DNA of 64,000 nt from Ignavibacteriota bacterium (GCA_963787835.1 CAWBEI010000002.1:1312001-1376000), one strand, 5' to 3'. Shown: positions 53,637-63,921, counted from the first letter of the stretch. The notes: generated by a model from the sequence alone, not told the origin. Numbers and translations: made by a program.

Positions 53637-54961
53637 GGTTTCGCGATAATTCTATTCAATATCTCCTTCGCGCATTCTTCCTTCGACATCAGCGGCAGCG
53701 CGATTCGCTCTCCCGATCTCGTAAAGATGGTGATCTTATTTGTATCGTATCCGAATCCTGCGCCTTCATCGGCGATATTGTTGAGTACGATCATATCGAG
53801 ATCTTTCTTCGCGAGTTTTTTCGAGCATAGGCTTCAGCTTCATCGCCTTTTTCGAGCGCGAACCCAACAATAATTTGTCCCGGCCGTTTCTTTTTTGATA
53901 TTTCCGCAAGAATATCCGGCGTTTTTCGGAGCGTGAGGGTCATCGTGTCGCCGGTGCCTTTTTTCATCTTGCCCTCGCTCGTGTGCTCGGGTGCGAAATC
54001 GGCGACAGCAGCGGACATAATGATAATATCGGCATCGGGAGCTTCGATGGATACGACTTCCAGCATTTCTTCGGCGCTTTCCACATCAATGCGAATAACC
54101 CCCTCCTGCGCAAGGAGGGGGAAGGGGGTGGTTGGCCCCATCACAAGTGTTACATCCGCGCCCATGCGCTTTGCCTCGATTGCTATCGCCGCCGCCATTT
54201 TCCCGCTGGAACGATTCCCAATGAAGCGCACGGCATCGATCGGCTCATACGTCGGCCCTCCGGTAATGAGCACACGCTTTCCCTGTAGCGCCGGGCGCAT
54301 CGTCGACGATGCTTTCCTCGCGGGTTCCCATTTTGCGGGAGTGGGAACCGGCGAGGACGCCGGCGCTACAAGAGTAGAGAATTTTTGAACAATATCCACT
54401 GGCTCCGGCATTCGGCCCATCCCTGTCAATCCGCTTGCAAGTGGACCAACCACCGGTTCGATAACGATCACACCATTCCGTTTCAGCCACGCTAGATTTT
54501 CCTGCACCACTGGTTGCAGCCACATATCCTCATCCATCGCCGGAACGATAACGAGTGGTGTACCTTTTGGCAGGGAAGCCGCGGCGAGTGTAACGGCATT
54601 ATCATAAATTCCCGCCCGCAGCATCCCGATCGCCGAAGCCGAGCATGGCGCAATGAGCATGGCATCGGCGCTGCGGGCAAGATGGACATGCCAGGTCTCC
54701 GAACTCCCCCTCCTATGCAGCGAAGCGGAATAGGAGGGGGCTGGGGGGTGGTCTTTTGAAGAAAAGATACTGCCCGATAACCTCCTGCCCCGTTGCTTCC
54801 GTCATTTCTTCACGGCTTACGAACTGCTCGGCGCTTTCCGTCATCACGCACGTAACGCTCGCACCCGAGCGCGCAAGCTCGCGCGCAACCGCTGGCGCTT
54901 TTATCGCCGCGATCGAGCCGGTTACACCGAGAATAATGCGTTTGTTTTGGGGGGATGACAT
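53633..54961 (-). CDS. coaBC: Bifunctional phosphopantothenoylcysteine decarboxylase/synthetase; appears in three frames (two 1-nt indels)
   Basis: ILGVTGSIAA (54961 frame); WHVHLA, PAMD..M, ITGGPTYEPIDAVRFIGNRSSGKM, AAVAD, VGFALE (middle frame); KKLAKKDLDMIVLN...GFGYDTN (third frame, stop at 53633). Shifts near 54773 (GGG) and 53816-53821 (A6 on the minus strand). Confidence 0.92.
54097..54133. repeat. CCCCTCCT...AGGAGGGG palindrome inside coaBC
   Basis: aaccccctcctgcgcaaggagggggaagggggtggtt, translated as PTTPFPLLAQEGV. Confidence 0.75.
54284..54370. repeat. TGTAGCGCCGG...CCGGCGCTACA palindrome (GTAG-REP-like, 87 bp) inside coaBC
   Basis: 11-bp terminal inverted repeat plus inner cctcgc-ggttccca...tgggaaccggcgagg stem; length is 29 codons. 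Confidence 0.85.
54704..54752. repeat. CCCCTCCT...AGGAGGGG palindrome inside coaBC, second copy
   Basis: ctccccctcctatgcagcgaagcggaataggagggggctggggggtggt. Confidence 0.8.
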
Positions 54962-55028
54962 AATGAATGGGAACGAACGAAAATAGAGTTGCTTCTCGTT
55001 TCCAGTCCATCTTTTTATTCGTCAATCT

Positions 55029-57077
55029 ATGAAACGTGTTTTATTTCTTGTAGTCTTACTTATTTCCACCAATGTTTTCGCTCAATGGCAGCATCTTCCC
55101 GGACCTTATGGTGCTTTGGCAACGAATTTTGCCGGCCTGAGCAGCGACACGAATTTTATTCTTGTAGGCACGAACTACGGTGCTTACCGCACAACGGATG
55201 GCGGGCAATCGTGGCTGCTTTCAGGCTTCGCCGATTCCAATGTGAGTCAAATTTTGTGCATCCCGTTCAATGGTCAGGATGTATTTCTTGCTTTGGTCAA
55301 TCCTGCTTTTTCCCCCGGGGGAGGAATGTTTCGATCTTTCGATTCTGGGCAAAGCTGGGAACTGCTCCCAAACGGCCATAATACTCTTTGTGCGCTTGGC
55401 GATACTCTCTTTGGAAACGGCGGCATCGAGATCGATTGGTCTTTCGATGCTGGTTCAACATGGCATGTATTTTCAATGTTGCCTTCAAATATTGGGCTTG
55501 TTCAACTATTTACAAGCGGGGATTATCTTTTGGCATACATAAAGGATACCACTTTCCTCCGATGGAATAGCGCAGTTGGCTGGGATACTTCTTTGTTCAT
55601 TGACATCATGGAGCCACAAGCTTTTGCTGCAAGCGGAAATAATGTTATCGCTGGCACTTATGGTGGAGTATCAATTTCTTCTGACAATGGGCTGGATTGG
55701 ATTCGGCCAAATAATGTTGGGATTAATTCCTTCGTGCCGGTCCAGAATTTGACTGCTAACGATTCCATAATATTATTCTCTCTCGATGATGAAATATTTC
55801 GTTCTTCTAACCAAGGGAACAGCTGGCAAATCGTATCACTTAACCACGGATTAACGCAGGTGGCATATTTAGGAACAGTCAATGGAGTCTTTTTCGCATC
55901 GGACGGAATGGGGTTTTACAAATCCAACGATGGATTGAATTGGTCATTCATAACAACAAATGGGATTCCTGAAGCAACGATATGGTCGTTGGTGGCCGTT
56001 AATGACACTTTGTATGCGGCCTTGTCGGAGGGAATTATTTATAGTACCGATCACGGCATGACATGGCCTTCATCAAACATTATTTTACAAGATAGCGGAG
56101 TCAGATACTTGACTGAGCAGAATAACGAACTTGTTCCATATGGCAACGGATTTTGGAAAAAATCTTCGAATGGCACTTGGTATAATCCCTCGGGAATCGA
56201 GATAGAGCAGCTTACATACGAGAGTGGAATTTGGTATGGCATAATTGAAGGCGATCAGGTTGGCAAAAGCACCGATAGCGGCTACTCCTGGGAAAATATT
56301 TCTGGAGGGCTTCCAACAGATAGTGGCGTTACACTAATTTGTCCTGCTTATGGCCGTCTTTTCGCTATCGAAGGCGATGGAGCGATTTACGTTTCTTATG
56401 ATTCGGGTTCCATTTGGACATTCCTGTCTTCTTATCCCAATTCCATTTATGCGGAAAACTATGCGGTTAATTCCTTTGGTTTTTTTGTTGGAACGGACGA
56501 AGGACTAATCTGGTCTTCCGATTCCTGTGTTACCTGGAGTATCGACTCTGCTCTTTGGAACATCGATATTGAAGTTCTCCAAAATTTTAACGGTGGCATT
56601 TTGGCTGGAGTATACGGAGATAACGATAGCGGAGTTAATTTCGACCTTCTTTTTACTTCAAACGGTAAAAAGTGGACATCCATTTCCCCAAAATTTTTCA
56701 ATATTTTTTCCATTGCAGCGGATGACCAATATGCATATATTGGGCTGTGGGATGATGGCATTTGGCGCACGCCCCTTTCCGATTTACCGACAAGCAGCGT
56801 ATCAGTTCAGCAGCCTTCCTCGATTTCCCTATCAATTTTTCCTAATCCATCATCATCCTCATCCACCATTTCTTTCTATCTTCCCGTGCACAGCTACATT
56901 TCTCTCAACCTCTACGATGAACTCGGCATCCTGCGTTCATCAATTTTCGAGGGTGAGATGGATGCAGGACAGCACAATATTCCTTTTGCCGATCCGAGTT
57001 TGTCAAATGGGATATACGAGGTTGTGCTTTCGACGGCAATAAATCGCTCCGTCGCCCGTCTTGTTCTGGAGAGATAA
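55029..57077 (+). CDS. BNR/Asp-box repeat beta-propeller protein with T9SS type-A CTD
   Basis: Signal peptide ending VFA|Q, many S.D.G..W boxes (TTDGGQSW, SFDSGQSW, SSDNGLDW, STDHGMTW), GIWRTPLS, CTD IFPNP...LSNGIYEV...RLVLER. Confidence 0.88.
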   Translation: MKRVLFLVVLLISTNVFAQWQHLPGPYGALATNFAGLSSDTNFILVGTNYGAYRTTDGGQSWLLSGFADSNVSQILCIPFNGQDVFLALVNPAFSPGGGMFRSFDSGQSWELLPNGHNTLCALGDTLFGNGGIEIDWSFDAGSTWHVFSMLPSNIGLVQLFTSGDYLLAYIKDTTFLRWNSAVGWDTSLFIDIMEPQAFAASGNNVIAGTYGGVSISSDNGLDWIRPNNVGINSFVPVQNLTANDSIILFSLDDEIFRSSNQGNSWQIVSLNHGLTQVAYLGTVNGVFFASDGMGFYKSNDGLNWSFITTNGIPEATIWSLVAVNDTLYAALSEGIIYSTDHGMTWPSSNIILQDSGVRYLTEQNNELVPYGNGFWKKSSNGTWYNPSGIEIEQLTYESGIWYGIIEGDQVGKSTDSGYSWENISGGLPTDSGVTLICPAYGRLFAIEGDGAIYVSYDSGSIWTFLSSYPNSIYAENYAVNSFGFFVGTDEGLIWSSDSCVTWSIDSALWNIDIEVLQNFNGGILAGVYGDNDSGVNFDLLFTSNGKKWTSISPKFFNIFSIAADDQYAYIGLWDDGIWRTPLSDLPTSSVSVQQPSSISLSIFPNPSSSSSTISFYLPVHSYISLNLYDELGILRSSIFEGEMDAGQHNIPFADPSLSNGIYEVVLSTAINRSVARLVLER

Positions 57078-57171
57078 TTTACCACCCCTCACCGAACCCC
57101 TCCCCAGTTGGGAGCGGCAGAAGCAAAGGTCAACCGAACTCTCGTATTTACCAAAGGGTTTAGCTCCGTAC

Positions 57172-59427
57172 ATGTCAGATACAACACCAACGAACGGCCA
57201 ACAATCCGGCCAAACGCCCGCGTCTGTGGGCGAAAATACTCCGCCTGTGGCTGAGAAAAAAGCCACTGGCGAGAAGCGGCGGCCTGTTTCCGTGGCTCCA
57301 GATAAGGGCAACGGCCAGCAATCCGCGCCAAAACGCATGGGTGGCTCAGGCCAAAAACGCTCCACTCCTCCGCGCGAGGAGATGGATTTCGGCCACATCA
57401 TGCGGACGGTCCTGCTATGGGCTGTGCTGCTGCTTGGCGTTATTTTCCTGGTCGTCATCTTTAATCGCAATAATAATCCGGCGGAGGTCGAGGTTTCCGT
57501 GACGGAATATCAGCAGCTTTTGAATGCAGGCGATTTCATGTCCGGCAAGCTCGAACAATATGGCCTGAACGAATACCGTTTTCACGGAAAACTCCGAGGA
57601 AATATGCCGGTTAAGACGCTCGATAACAAGACCGAAAGTGCGACCGATATCATTGTGAATCTGATTCCGGAAACGCTGAACGATCAGGATAAGCTGTGGC
57701 AGGAAAAGGGTCTGACCATCACCAAGACCGATAGCTCCAACACGCTGTTCGATAGCTTGATCGGGTTCCTGCCGTATGTGATCCTTATTTTCGTCTGGAT
57801 CTTTATCATGCGGCGTATGCAATCCCAAGGCGGTGGTGGCATGGGTGGCGCAAAGGGAATTTTTAGCTTCGGACGGTCGCGCGCCAAGCTTATCACCGAG
57901 AATGCGCCGAAAGTCACGTTCAACGATGTTGCCGGTGCGGATGAAGCAAAAGTAGAACTTGTGGAGATCATCGAGTTCCTTCGGGAGCCTTCGAAATTCC
58001 AAAAGCTTGGCGGAAAAATTCCGCGCGGCGTATTGCTGCTTGGCCCACCCGGTACCGGCAAGACGTTGCTTGCCCGCGCGGTTGCAGGTGAGGCGGGTGT
58101 GCCCTTCCTTTCCATATCGGGTGCGGATTTTGTCGAGATGTTCGTTGGCGTGGGCGCATCGCGCGTACGTGATCTTTTCGATCAGGCGAAAAAGCATGCA
58201 CCCTGCATCGTCTTTATTGATGAGATCGACGCCGTTGGACGTCATCGCGGCGCGGGACTTGGCGGCGGACACGACGAGCGCGAGCAAACACTCAATCAGT
58301 TGCTTGTCGAGATGGATGGCTTCGATCAGAATGTCGGCGTTATCATCATGGCGGCGACGAACCGTCCCGATGTGCTCGATCCAGCGCTGTTGCGTCCGGG
58401 AAGATTCGACCGTCAGGTCGTTGTTGACCGCCCAGATGTTCGCGGGCGTGAGGGAATCCTAAAAGTTCACACGCGCAATACGCCGCTTGGCCCGGACGTC
58501 GATCTTCAGGCACTTGCTCGTGGAACTCCAGGGCTATCCGGCGCTGATCTCGCTAATCTTGTGAATGAAGCCGCACTGCTTGCCGCGCGTCGCGGCGGAG
58601 ACAGGCTCACCATGTACGATTTCGAGAATGCAAAAGATAAAGTGATGATGGGCGTCGAACGCAAGTCTGTGCTCATCAGCGATGAAGAAAAGAAGACAAC
58701 ATCGTATCACGAGTGCGGACACGTTATCGTTGCTAGGTCTATCAAGGAAGCTGATCCGGTGCATAAGGTAACTATTATTCCACGCGGACGCGCACTTGGC
58801 GTCACAAGCTATTTGCCCGTCGATGAGAAGCATACCTATTCACGCGAGTATCTCGAAGCGGTGATCGCGTATGCGCTTGGCGGCAGAAGCGCAGAGAAAA
58901 TTATTTTCAACCAAATCACGACTGGTGCTGGCAATGACATCGAACGCGCGACTGATATTGCGCGCAAGATGGTCTGTGAGTGGGGCATGTCCGATAAACT
59001 TGGTCCGCTGCGATATGGTCAGGCCGAGCAAGAAATTTTCCTCGGTCGCGATTACGGGCATCAGCAAACGTTTTCCGATACGACCGCGCGCATTATTGAT
59101 GAAGAAGTGCGACATATCGTCGAAACAGGTGCCGCACGTGCCGAAGCAATTCTTCGCGATAAAGTAGATGCACTTCACCGCATGGCGACCGCACTCCTCG
59201 AACGCGAGACGTTGGATGCCGGAGAGATCGATCTCATTATGGAGGGCCAGGAACTCCCACCGTTCAGCAAGGATAACCGTGCGTTCAATCTCACTAAGGC
59301 TGTAGAAACATTGAAAAAAGCTGCTGAGAATAAACCTGCTACGAATGGGCAAAGTGAAGCATCACCCAGTACCGAAGGCGAAGAAGCAACCACGATCGGG
59401 CCGGGTGACAAAGGTGATGCGCTGTAA
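57172..59427 (+). CDS. ftsH: ATP-dependent zinc metalloprotease FtsH
   Basis: Two TMs, [20 protein letters not shown] ([20 protein letters not shown]), HECGH zinc motif. Start at ATG 57172. Confidence 0.99.
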   Translation: MSDTTPTNGQQSGQTPASVGENTPPVAEKKATGEKRRPVSVAPDKGNGQQSAPKRMGGSGQKRSTPPREEMDFGHIMRTVLLWAVLLLGVIFLVVIFNRNNNPAEVEVSVTEYQQLLNAGDFMSGKLEQYGLNEYRFHGKLRGNMPVKTLDNKTESATDIIVNLIPETLNDQDKLWQEKGLTITKTDSSNTLFDSLIGFLPYVILIFVWIFIMRRMQSQGGGGMGGAKGIFSFGRSRAKLITENAPKVTFNDVAGADEAKVELVEIIEFLREPSKFQKLGGKIPRGVLLLGPPGTGKTLLARAVAGEAGVPFLSISGADFVEMFVGVGASRVRDLFDQAKKHAPCIVFIDEIDAVGRHRGAGLGGGHDEREQTLNQLLVEMDGFDQNVGVIIMAATNRPDVLDPALLRPGRFDRQVVVDRPDVRGREGILKVHTRNTPLGPDVDLQALARGTPGLSGADLANLVNEAALLAARRGGDRLTMYDFENAKDKVMMGVERKSVLISDEEKKTTSYHECGHVIVARSIKEADPVHKVTIIPRGRALGVTSYLPVDEKHTYSREYLEAVIAYALGGRSAEKIIFNQITTGAGNDIERATDIARKMVCEWGMSDKLGPLRYGQAEQEIFLGRDYGHQQTFSDTTARIIDEEVRHIVETGAARAEAILRDKVDALHRMATALLERETLDAGEIDLIMEGQELPPFSKDNRAFNLTKAVETLKKAAENKPATNGQSEASPSTEGEEATTIGPGDKGDAL

Positions 59428-59451
59428 GATTTATTGTTGAAAGGAGATATT

Positions 59452-59673
59452 ATGTCAAGCACACAGGCCATTGCGAAAGTATTTATTACCGCATTTCGTG
59501 CGCTTCCCGATTCAGAAAAGGAAGTGGTAATTGCGAGATTACTCCGAGAGGAAACACAGCCGGAATCTGCACATCCAAAACGAAAGGATGCTATTCAGGA
59601 ACTTATGGAAAACCCGATAATATTTGCCGGTTCCAAGCCACCTTCACGAGACGAAATGCACAATGGCCGATAA
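59452..59673 (+). CDS. Putative antitoxin
   Basis: 73 aa with AAGGAG SD; ends in PSRDEMH, a typical antitoxin C-terminus; overlaps the PIN gene start. Confidence 0.7.
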   Translation: MSSTQAIAKVFITAFRALPDSEKEVVIARLLREETQPESAHPKRKDAIQELMENPIIFAGSKPPSRDEMHNGR

Positions 59674-60085
59674 TCTCGTATTTTTGGATTCCAATATTTG
59701 GATTTATGCTTTTTCCTCAAATTTCGATAAGCGCAAGCACGGTGCGGCGAATGTGTTGATCGAGAAAAGTAACATCAGTATCAGCGTTCAAATTATCGGC
59801 GAAGTTTGCAATGCTGTTCTCCGAAAAGCTCATGAACCGGAATCAAAAGTTAAGGAATTAATCAATTCTTTTTTCGATCGGTTCGATCCCATTGAAATTC
59901 GAGACCGTGACCAGATGCTTCGTGCAAGTTCGCTTCGCCAGCGATATAATTTTTCTCATTGGGACAGTTTTATCGTTCTTGCGGCTATTGAATCGAATTG
60001 CACCACACTCTATAGCGAAGATATGCACGATGGCCTCATCGTCGAAGGGACGCTTACTATTCGAAAACCATTTAAGGGAGTGTAA
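59663..60085 (+). CDS. PIN-domain (VapC-like) toxin
   Basis: FLDSNIWIYA, SVQIIGE, FSHWDSFIV.AA, LYSEDM. Confidence 0.9.
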   Translation: MADNLVFLDSNIWIYAFSSNFDKRKHGAANVLIEKSNISISVQIIGEVCNAVLRKAHEPESKVKELINSFFDRFDPIEIRDRDQMLRASSLRQRYNFSHWDSFIVLAAIESNCTTLYSEDMHDGLIVEGTLTIRKPFKGV

Positions 60086-60128
60086 GCCACTTACAGGATG
60101 ATGGAGCCCGTTCTTCGTAAATTTCACT

Positions 60129-61091
60129 ATGAAATTCGTTACGTTTCTCTCTAATAACTCTCAGCGCCTTGGTCTGCTCATCGGGAATGAAATTCTCGAT
60201 CTCGAACGCGCCAGCGCAGAGACTGCTCGTCCATTGCCGAATGACATTATAGAATTTCTTCGGCTCGGCGAACCGGCGATGAAAGCTGCGCATAAGATCG
60301 AAGAGACTTCAAAAGATACGAACGCTTTTCGTTCAGCTCGCCATGCGGTCGAGAGTGTAAAGCTCCTTGCGCCCGTGCCGCGCCCTACTTCCATGCGGGA
60401 TGGATATGCGTTCCGGCAACATGTCGAAGCGGCGCGAAGGAACCGTGGTGTGGAGATGATCCCGGAGTTCGATCTTTTTCCAGTATTTTATTTTACGAAT
60501 CATCAGGCAGTCATTGGTCCGGGGCCGATGGAAGTGATGCCGGAGCATTTGAACCGTTTGGATTACGAACTCGAAGCTGCCATTGTGATTGGCAAAGAAG
60601 GCCGGAACATAAAAGCTTCTGAAGGAGATGAATACATCGCCGGATATACTATTATGAACGATTGGTCCGCGCGCGCCCTGCAGATCGAGGAAATGAAGCT
60701 TTCGCTTGGGCCTGCAAAGGGAAAAGATTTTGCGACAGCGATCGGGCCGTGGCTTGTTTCACGCGATGAACTGGCTTCAAAACGAATTCCGAACGAGAAG
60801 GGCGAGCGATACGATCTCACGATGACGGCCAGCTTGAATGGAAAAGAATTAAGCCGTGGGAATCTAAAAGAGATGACCTGGACGTTTGCAGAGATCATCG
60901 AGCGCGCAAGTTACGGCGTTACGCTGTATCCGGGCGATGTTATTGGCTCTGGGACGGTCGGTTCCGGTTGCTTGCTGGAACTGAATGGCTCAAATATTAC
61001 GAATAATTTGTGGGTACAGCTTGGCGATACTGTAACCTGTGCCATCGAGGAACTTGGTGAACTAACTAACACTGTTATAGCGTCGGAATGA
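60129..61091 (+). CDS. Fumarylacetoacetate hydrolase family protein
   Basis: RDGYAF..H, FYFTN, LDYELE, NDWSAR, KGKDFAT, PGDVIGSGT. Confidence 0.93.
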   Translation: MKFVTFLSNNSQRLGLLIGNEILDLERASAETARPLPNDIIEFLRLGEPAMKAAHKIEETSKDTNAFRSARHAVESVKLLAPVPRPTSMRDGYAFRQHVEAARRNRGVEMIPEFDLFPVFYFTNHQAVIGPGPMEVMPEHLNRLDYELEAAIVIGKEGRNIKASEGDEYIAGYTIMNDWSARALQIEEMKLSLGPAKGKDFATAIGPWLVSRDELASKRIPNEKGERYDLTMTASLNGKELSRGNLKEMTWTFAEIIERASYGVTLYPGDVIGSGTVGSGCLLELNGSNITNNLWVQLGDTVTCAIEELGELTNTVIASE

Positions 61092-61459
61092 AAAGTGGCT
61101 TGATACTTATAACGTTGTTGCTCGTCATGGGATGTGCGAAGCACGAAAGCGCCGCATCGAGGGATTCCATCTTTGTTCAGCCAAAGAAGGATACAGTGGC
61201 CGCGCCCACTTATAATGACTTACAATCCGGCCTGTGGATCGATTCATCCATTGTGCGGCAGGAGGCGGATAAGAGCGCTCTTAAGCGATTCGAGCCAAAG
61301 CAGGTAATGGAGATCTACGAAGCCTATCGTCCGCTGCGTACACCATCGACGACACCCGCTCAGCTCGATTCCTTTCTCGCTGCGCAGAAAATCACTGCGA
61401 AAGAACTGCACTCGGTGCTTGCGGAAGGCGACCGTCTGGGCTGGTCCAAGGCCCATTGA
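61088..61459 (+). CDS. Hypothetical lipoprotein
   Basis: Lipobox VMGC; ATGA-coupled to the upstream gene. Confidence 0.7.
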   Translation: MKSGLILITLLLVMGCAKHESAASRDSIFVQPKKDTVAAPTYNDLQSGLWIDSSIVRQEADKSALKRFEPKQVMEIYEAYRPLRTPSTTPAQLDSFLAAQKITAKELHSVLAEGDRLGWSKAH

Positions 61460-62379
61460 CGTCAATGTCTGCGCAGAACACGCGTCGGGCAAGTTTCGCT
61501 GTGCTCGCAGCGGCGCTGCTTTGGAGCACTGGCGGACTGTTCATCAAAGAGGTAACGCTCGATGCCTGGGGCATCTCGTTCTGGCGAAGTTCCTTTGCGG
61601 CGATCACGATCTCGGTCATATATTTTTTTCAGCGCGGTCGCTGGAGTAACAGCCAAACGAGGTTCAAAGAATGGTTCTCTCCGTTCGTGTTGGGAAGCGC
61701 ATTTTGCTACGCATTGTTGCTGGTTCTTTTTGTGATGGCCACTAAACTCACGACAAGCGCGAACGCCATTTTTCTTCAATACACCGCACCGATCTATGTG
61801 CTCTTTATCGAGCCGATGCTTTCGCGCACTAAAATGAAGCGTGGAGATCTTGGAACGGTTGCGATCTCCACCGCAGCGATGGCACTGTTTTTTATCGGTA
61901 AGTTCGAGCCGCGCGGAGTCTGGGGAAATATTGCGGCCCTTGCGAGCGGTGTTGCATTTGCGACGTATGCCCTGATATTAAAACACGAACGTGCCACCGA
62001 GCAAAGCCGATGGCAGATCGTGATCGTTGGTCACATCCTGATCGCAGGCGCGATGGCGATCGTTGCGATTACCGGCCAAACAAGCATTGCTGTTTCCAGA
62101 GGTGATTTCATGAGGCTGCTGTATCTGGGAATTATCCAGATTGGCATCGCTTACGCGTTCTTTACGTATGGCATTTCGCATGTGCGCGCGATCGATGCAA
62201 CGCTGATCGCAATGGTCGAGCCGGTGCTAAATCCGGTGTGGGTGTTTCTCGGCGTTGGCGAACGCCCAACGAATTATGCGCTCATTGGAGGGCTGATCAT
62301 TCTTTCGCTTTCGATCATTCGGACGGTGCGAGGTTCCAAAGAAACGGTGGAGCTGGAAACCGCTCGTTCCGGCGAATAG
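61456..62379 (+). CDS. EamA/DMT family transporter
   Basis: 10 TMs, LWSTGG, ANAIFLQYTAP, EPVLNPVWV..GE. Confidence 0.92.
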   Translation: MTSMSAQNTRRASFAVLAAALLWSTGGLFIKEVTLDAWGISFWRSSFAAITISVIYFFQRGRWSNSQTRFKEWFSPFVLGSAFCYALLLVLFVMATKLTTSANAIFLQYTAPIYVLFIEPMLSRTKMKRGDLGTVAISTAAMALFFIGKFEPRGVWGNIAALASGVAFATYALILKHERATEQSRWQIVIVGHILIAGAMAIVAITGQTSIAVSRGDFMRLLYLGIIQIGIAYAFFTYGISHVRAIDATLIAMVEPVLNPVWVFLGVGERPTNYALIGGLIILSLSIIRTVRGSKETVELETARSGE

Positions 62380-62380
62380 A

Positions 62381-63895
62381 TCAATGATGATGAAAACCCT
62401 GATATTGCAATGCTATTAATTGATCGATCAGCGCTTTGCGGGCGGCGTCATTACCACGGCAGTCGATAAACTGAAATCTTTGGGATTCTTTTAGAGGAGT
62501 GCTTGGTGGCAGTGCGTGATCGATGAACGTTCTCGCGAATTGTTTCTCGAAAAGCCCTGACAGATATGGCATGGATGACGGTGGCCGAATAAAGGCAGTA
62601 TCCTGCAAGCCATTGATGCGAACCATGTTTACCGGCTGACCGAAGTACCATCCAAAATCATATTTGGGGAATTGTGCGCCAAGCGTTGCGGCGTCGAGCC
62701 ATGTATCCGTGCTTGGATTAATGAGAATGAGGGTGGAATCGAGCCGTTCCTGCGAGAGCAGTTCACGGGCTTCGTTTTCTCCAGCCGATTCTTCGCGAAG
62801 TTGTGCATAGCTGAAGAGGTTGGATGCGCCATAATAGGAAAACGAAATAGCATCGTTCGATTGTGTTCGGCGTGGCTCTGGCATCGCGATCTCGCTGTTG
62901 ATCTGAAATGCTGGAAGAAAAAAGAAAAGCCCAAGATTGACGGCACAGTAAATAAGTCCGATTCGCCCTACACCGTCAAACTTGTCCATCGTTACCAATA
63001 TCAAACACGGCACAAGGATCGCGGCGTCGTGCAGCATTTCATCCCGCGAAAAAGTATTGGTAAGGAAGAATACCCCGAGGATTACAAACGCCGATTGGAA
63101 ATCCCTGCCGACACCGCCGGCCTTGTGGCGAAAAATGCTTGCCAATAGAACATTTGAAGCAACGATTGCAACAATGATCCCTTGTGCAATCAGGCTGATG
63201 CCGTGCGGAGGAAAGAATTTGGGAATCATCGCAGACCATACGTGCGCTGTTCCAAAATAAAAGATCTCGAGCAAAAGGTAGGATGCCATTCCGATCAATG
63301 CCAATCCGAACAACACAAACGTCTGCTTCGAGCGGGGTCCATACATGGTGTGATGGAGATTTAATCCAACAGTCACCACCGAAATGAGCAAGACGAACGG
63401 CCAGAACCCGATAAAGAGCGAAAGCCCAAATAGAAGCGCTGTCAGTTTGTGATGCTGTGGATTTGGGCTGGTAAAAAGGTAGAGCAGCGTTGTTGCAGCA
63501 AGCAGCGTGAGGAGCTGGGTATCGAAGGTATGAGCTAGCGAGAGGATGGTCACATTTAGCACCAGCATTGCTGCGCCGATGATAGCTCGGCGTTCATCGA
63601 ACATGCGGCGTGCGGTCAGCAGAAAGAAATAAACGGCAAACGCAACAACGATAACTCGAAAAATTACCAACGCCGCGAATGCATCGCCGGTGATAAACGC
63701 GATCACGCGCGGGATCCAAAGCCAATGGACATGCAGCGCCTCGAAGGCATCCGGCGCAGACATCATCCAATGTTCGAGGCTTTGCAGCGTAAGCGCGCTG
63801 GAACCTGTGCCGATCACCGATGGCGGAATGAGCGTCAGAAGGCCAGCCACAAGCGCGATGGCAGGGAAGATCAGGGGTGGGAGTTTATTCGTCAA
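62381..63895 (-). CDS. Polytopic membrane protein with C-terminal soluble domain (GT-C/PMT-like topology)
   Basis: About 10-11 hydrophobic segments including FLLTARRMFDERRAIIGAAML, then a hydrophilic tail; family assignment is tentative. Confidence 0.55.
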   Translation of the reverse strand: MTNKLPPLIFPAIALVAGLLTLIPPSVIGTGSSALTLQSLEHWMMSAPDAFEALHVHWLWIPRVIAFITGDAFAALVIFRVIVVAFAVYFFLLTARRMFDERRAIIGAAMLVLNVTILSLAHTFDTQLLTLLAATTLLYLFTSPNPQHHKLTALLFGLSLFIGFWPFVLLISVVTVGLNLHHTMYGPRSKQTFVLFGLALIGMASYLLLEIFYFGTAHVWSAMIPKFFPPHGISLIAQGIIVAIVASNVLLASIFRHKAGGVGRDFQSAFVILGVFFLTNTFSRDEMLHDAAILVPCLILVTMDKFDGVGRIGLIYCAVNLGLFFFLPAFQINSEIAMPEPRRTQSNDAISFSYYGASNLFSYAQLREESAGENEARELLSQERLDSTLILINPSTDTWLDAATLGAQFPKYDFGWYFGQPVNMVRINGLQDTAFIRPPSSMPYLSGLFEKQFARTFIDHALPPSTPLKESQRFQFIDCRGNDAARKALIDQLIALQYQGFHHH

Positions 63896-63913
63896 AGGGA
63901 GTAAATTTCTTCG

Positions 63914-63921
63914 TACTTTTG
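63914..63921 (+). promoter_or_regulatory. Putative TAnnTTTG promoter element for a gene starting at 63969
   Basis: CGTACTTTTGTA; downstream ATG AGA ACA AAG ACA CTT TTT ATT CTA resembles a signal-peptide start. Confidence 0.5.

Noticed and set aside
54415-54450. Cys-to-Ser change in the CoaC motif (LASG instead of LACG) as a sign of inactivation
   Set aside because: To my knowledge the LASG variant is common in Bacteroidota CoaBC, so it is not evidence of pseudogenisation.
57061-57171. N-terminal extensions in the ORF track (ftsH 57061, nfeD 4817, egtD 36614, kynU 53577, OSBS-like 32805, PIN 59624)
   Set aside because: They run through terminators, repeats or upstream genes. Downstream starts give proper signal peptides or translational coupling.
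57415-58287. 290-aa antisense ORF, and similar long antisense ORFs over the permease, mfd and the giant cargo genes
   Set aside because: They lie wholly opposite well-conserved genes; these are expected shadow ORFs with no motifs of their own.
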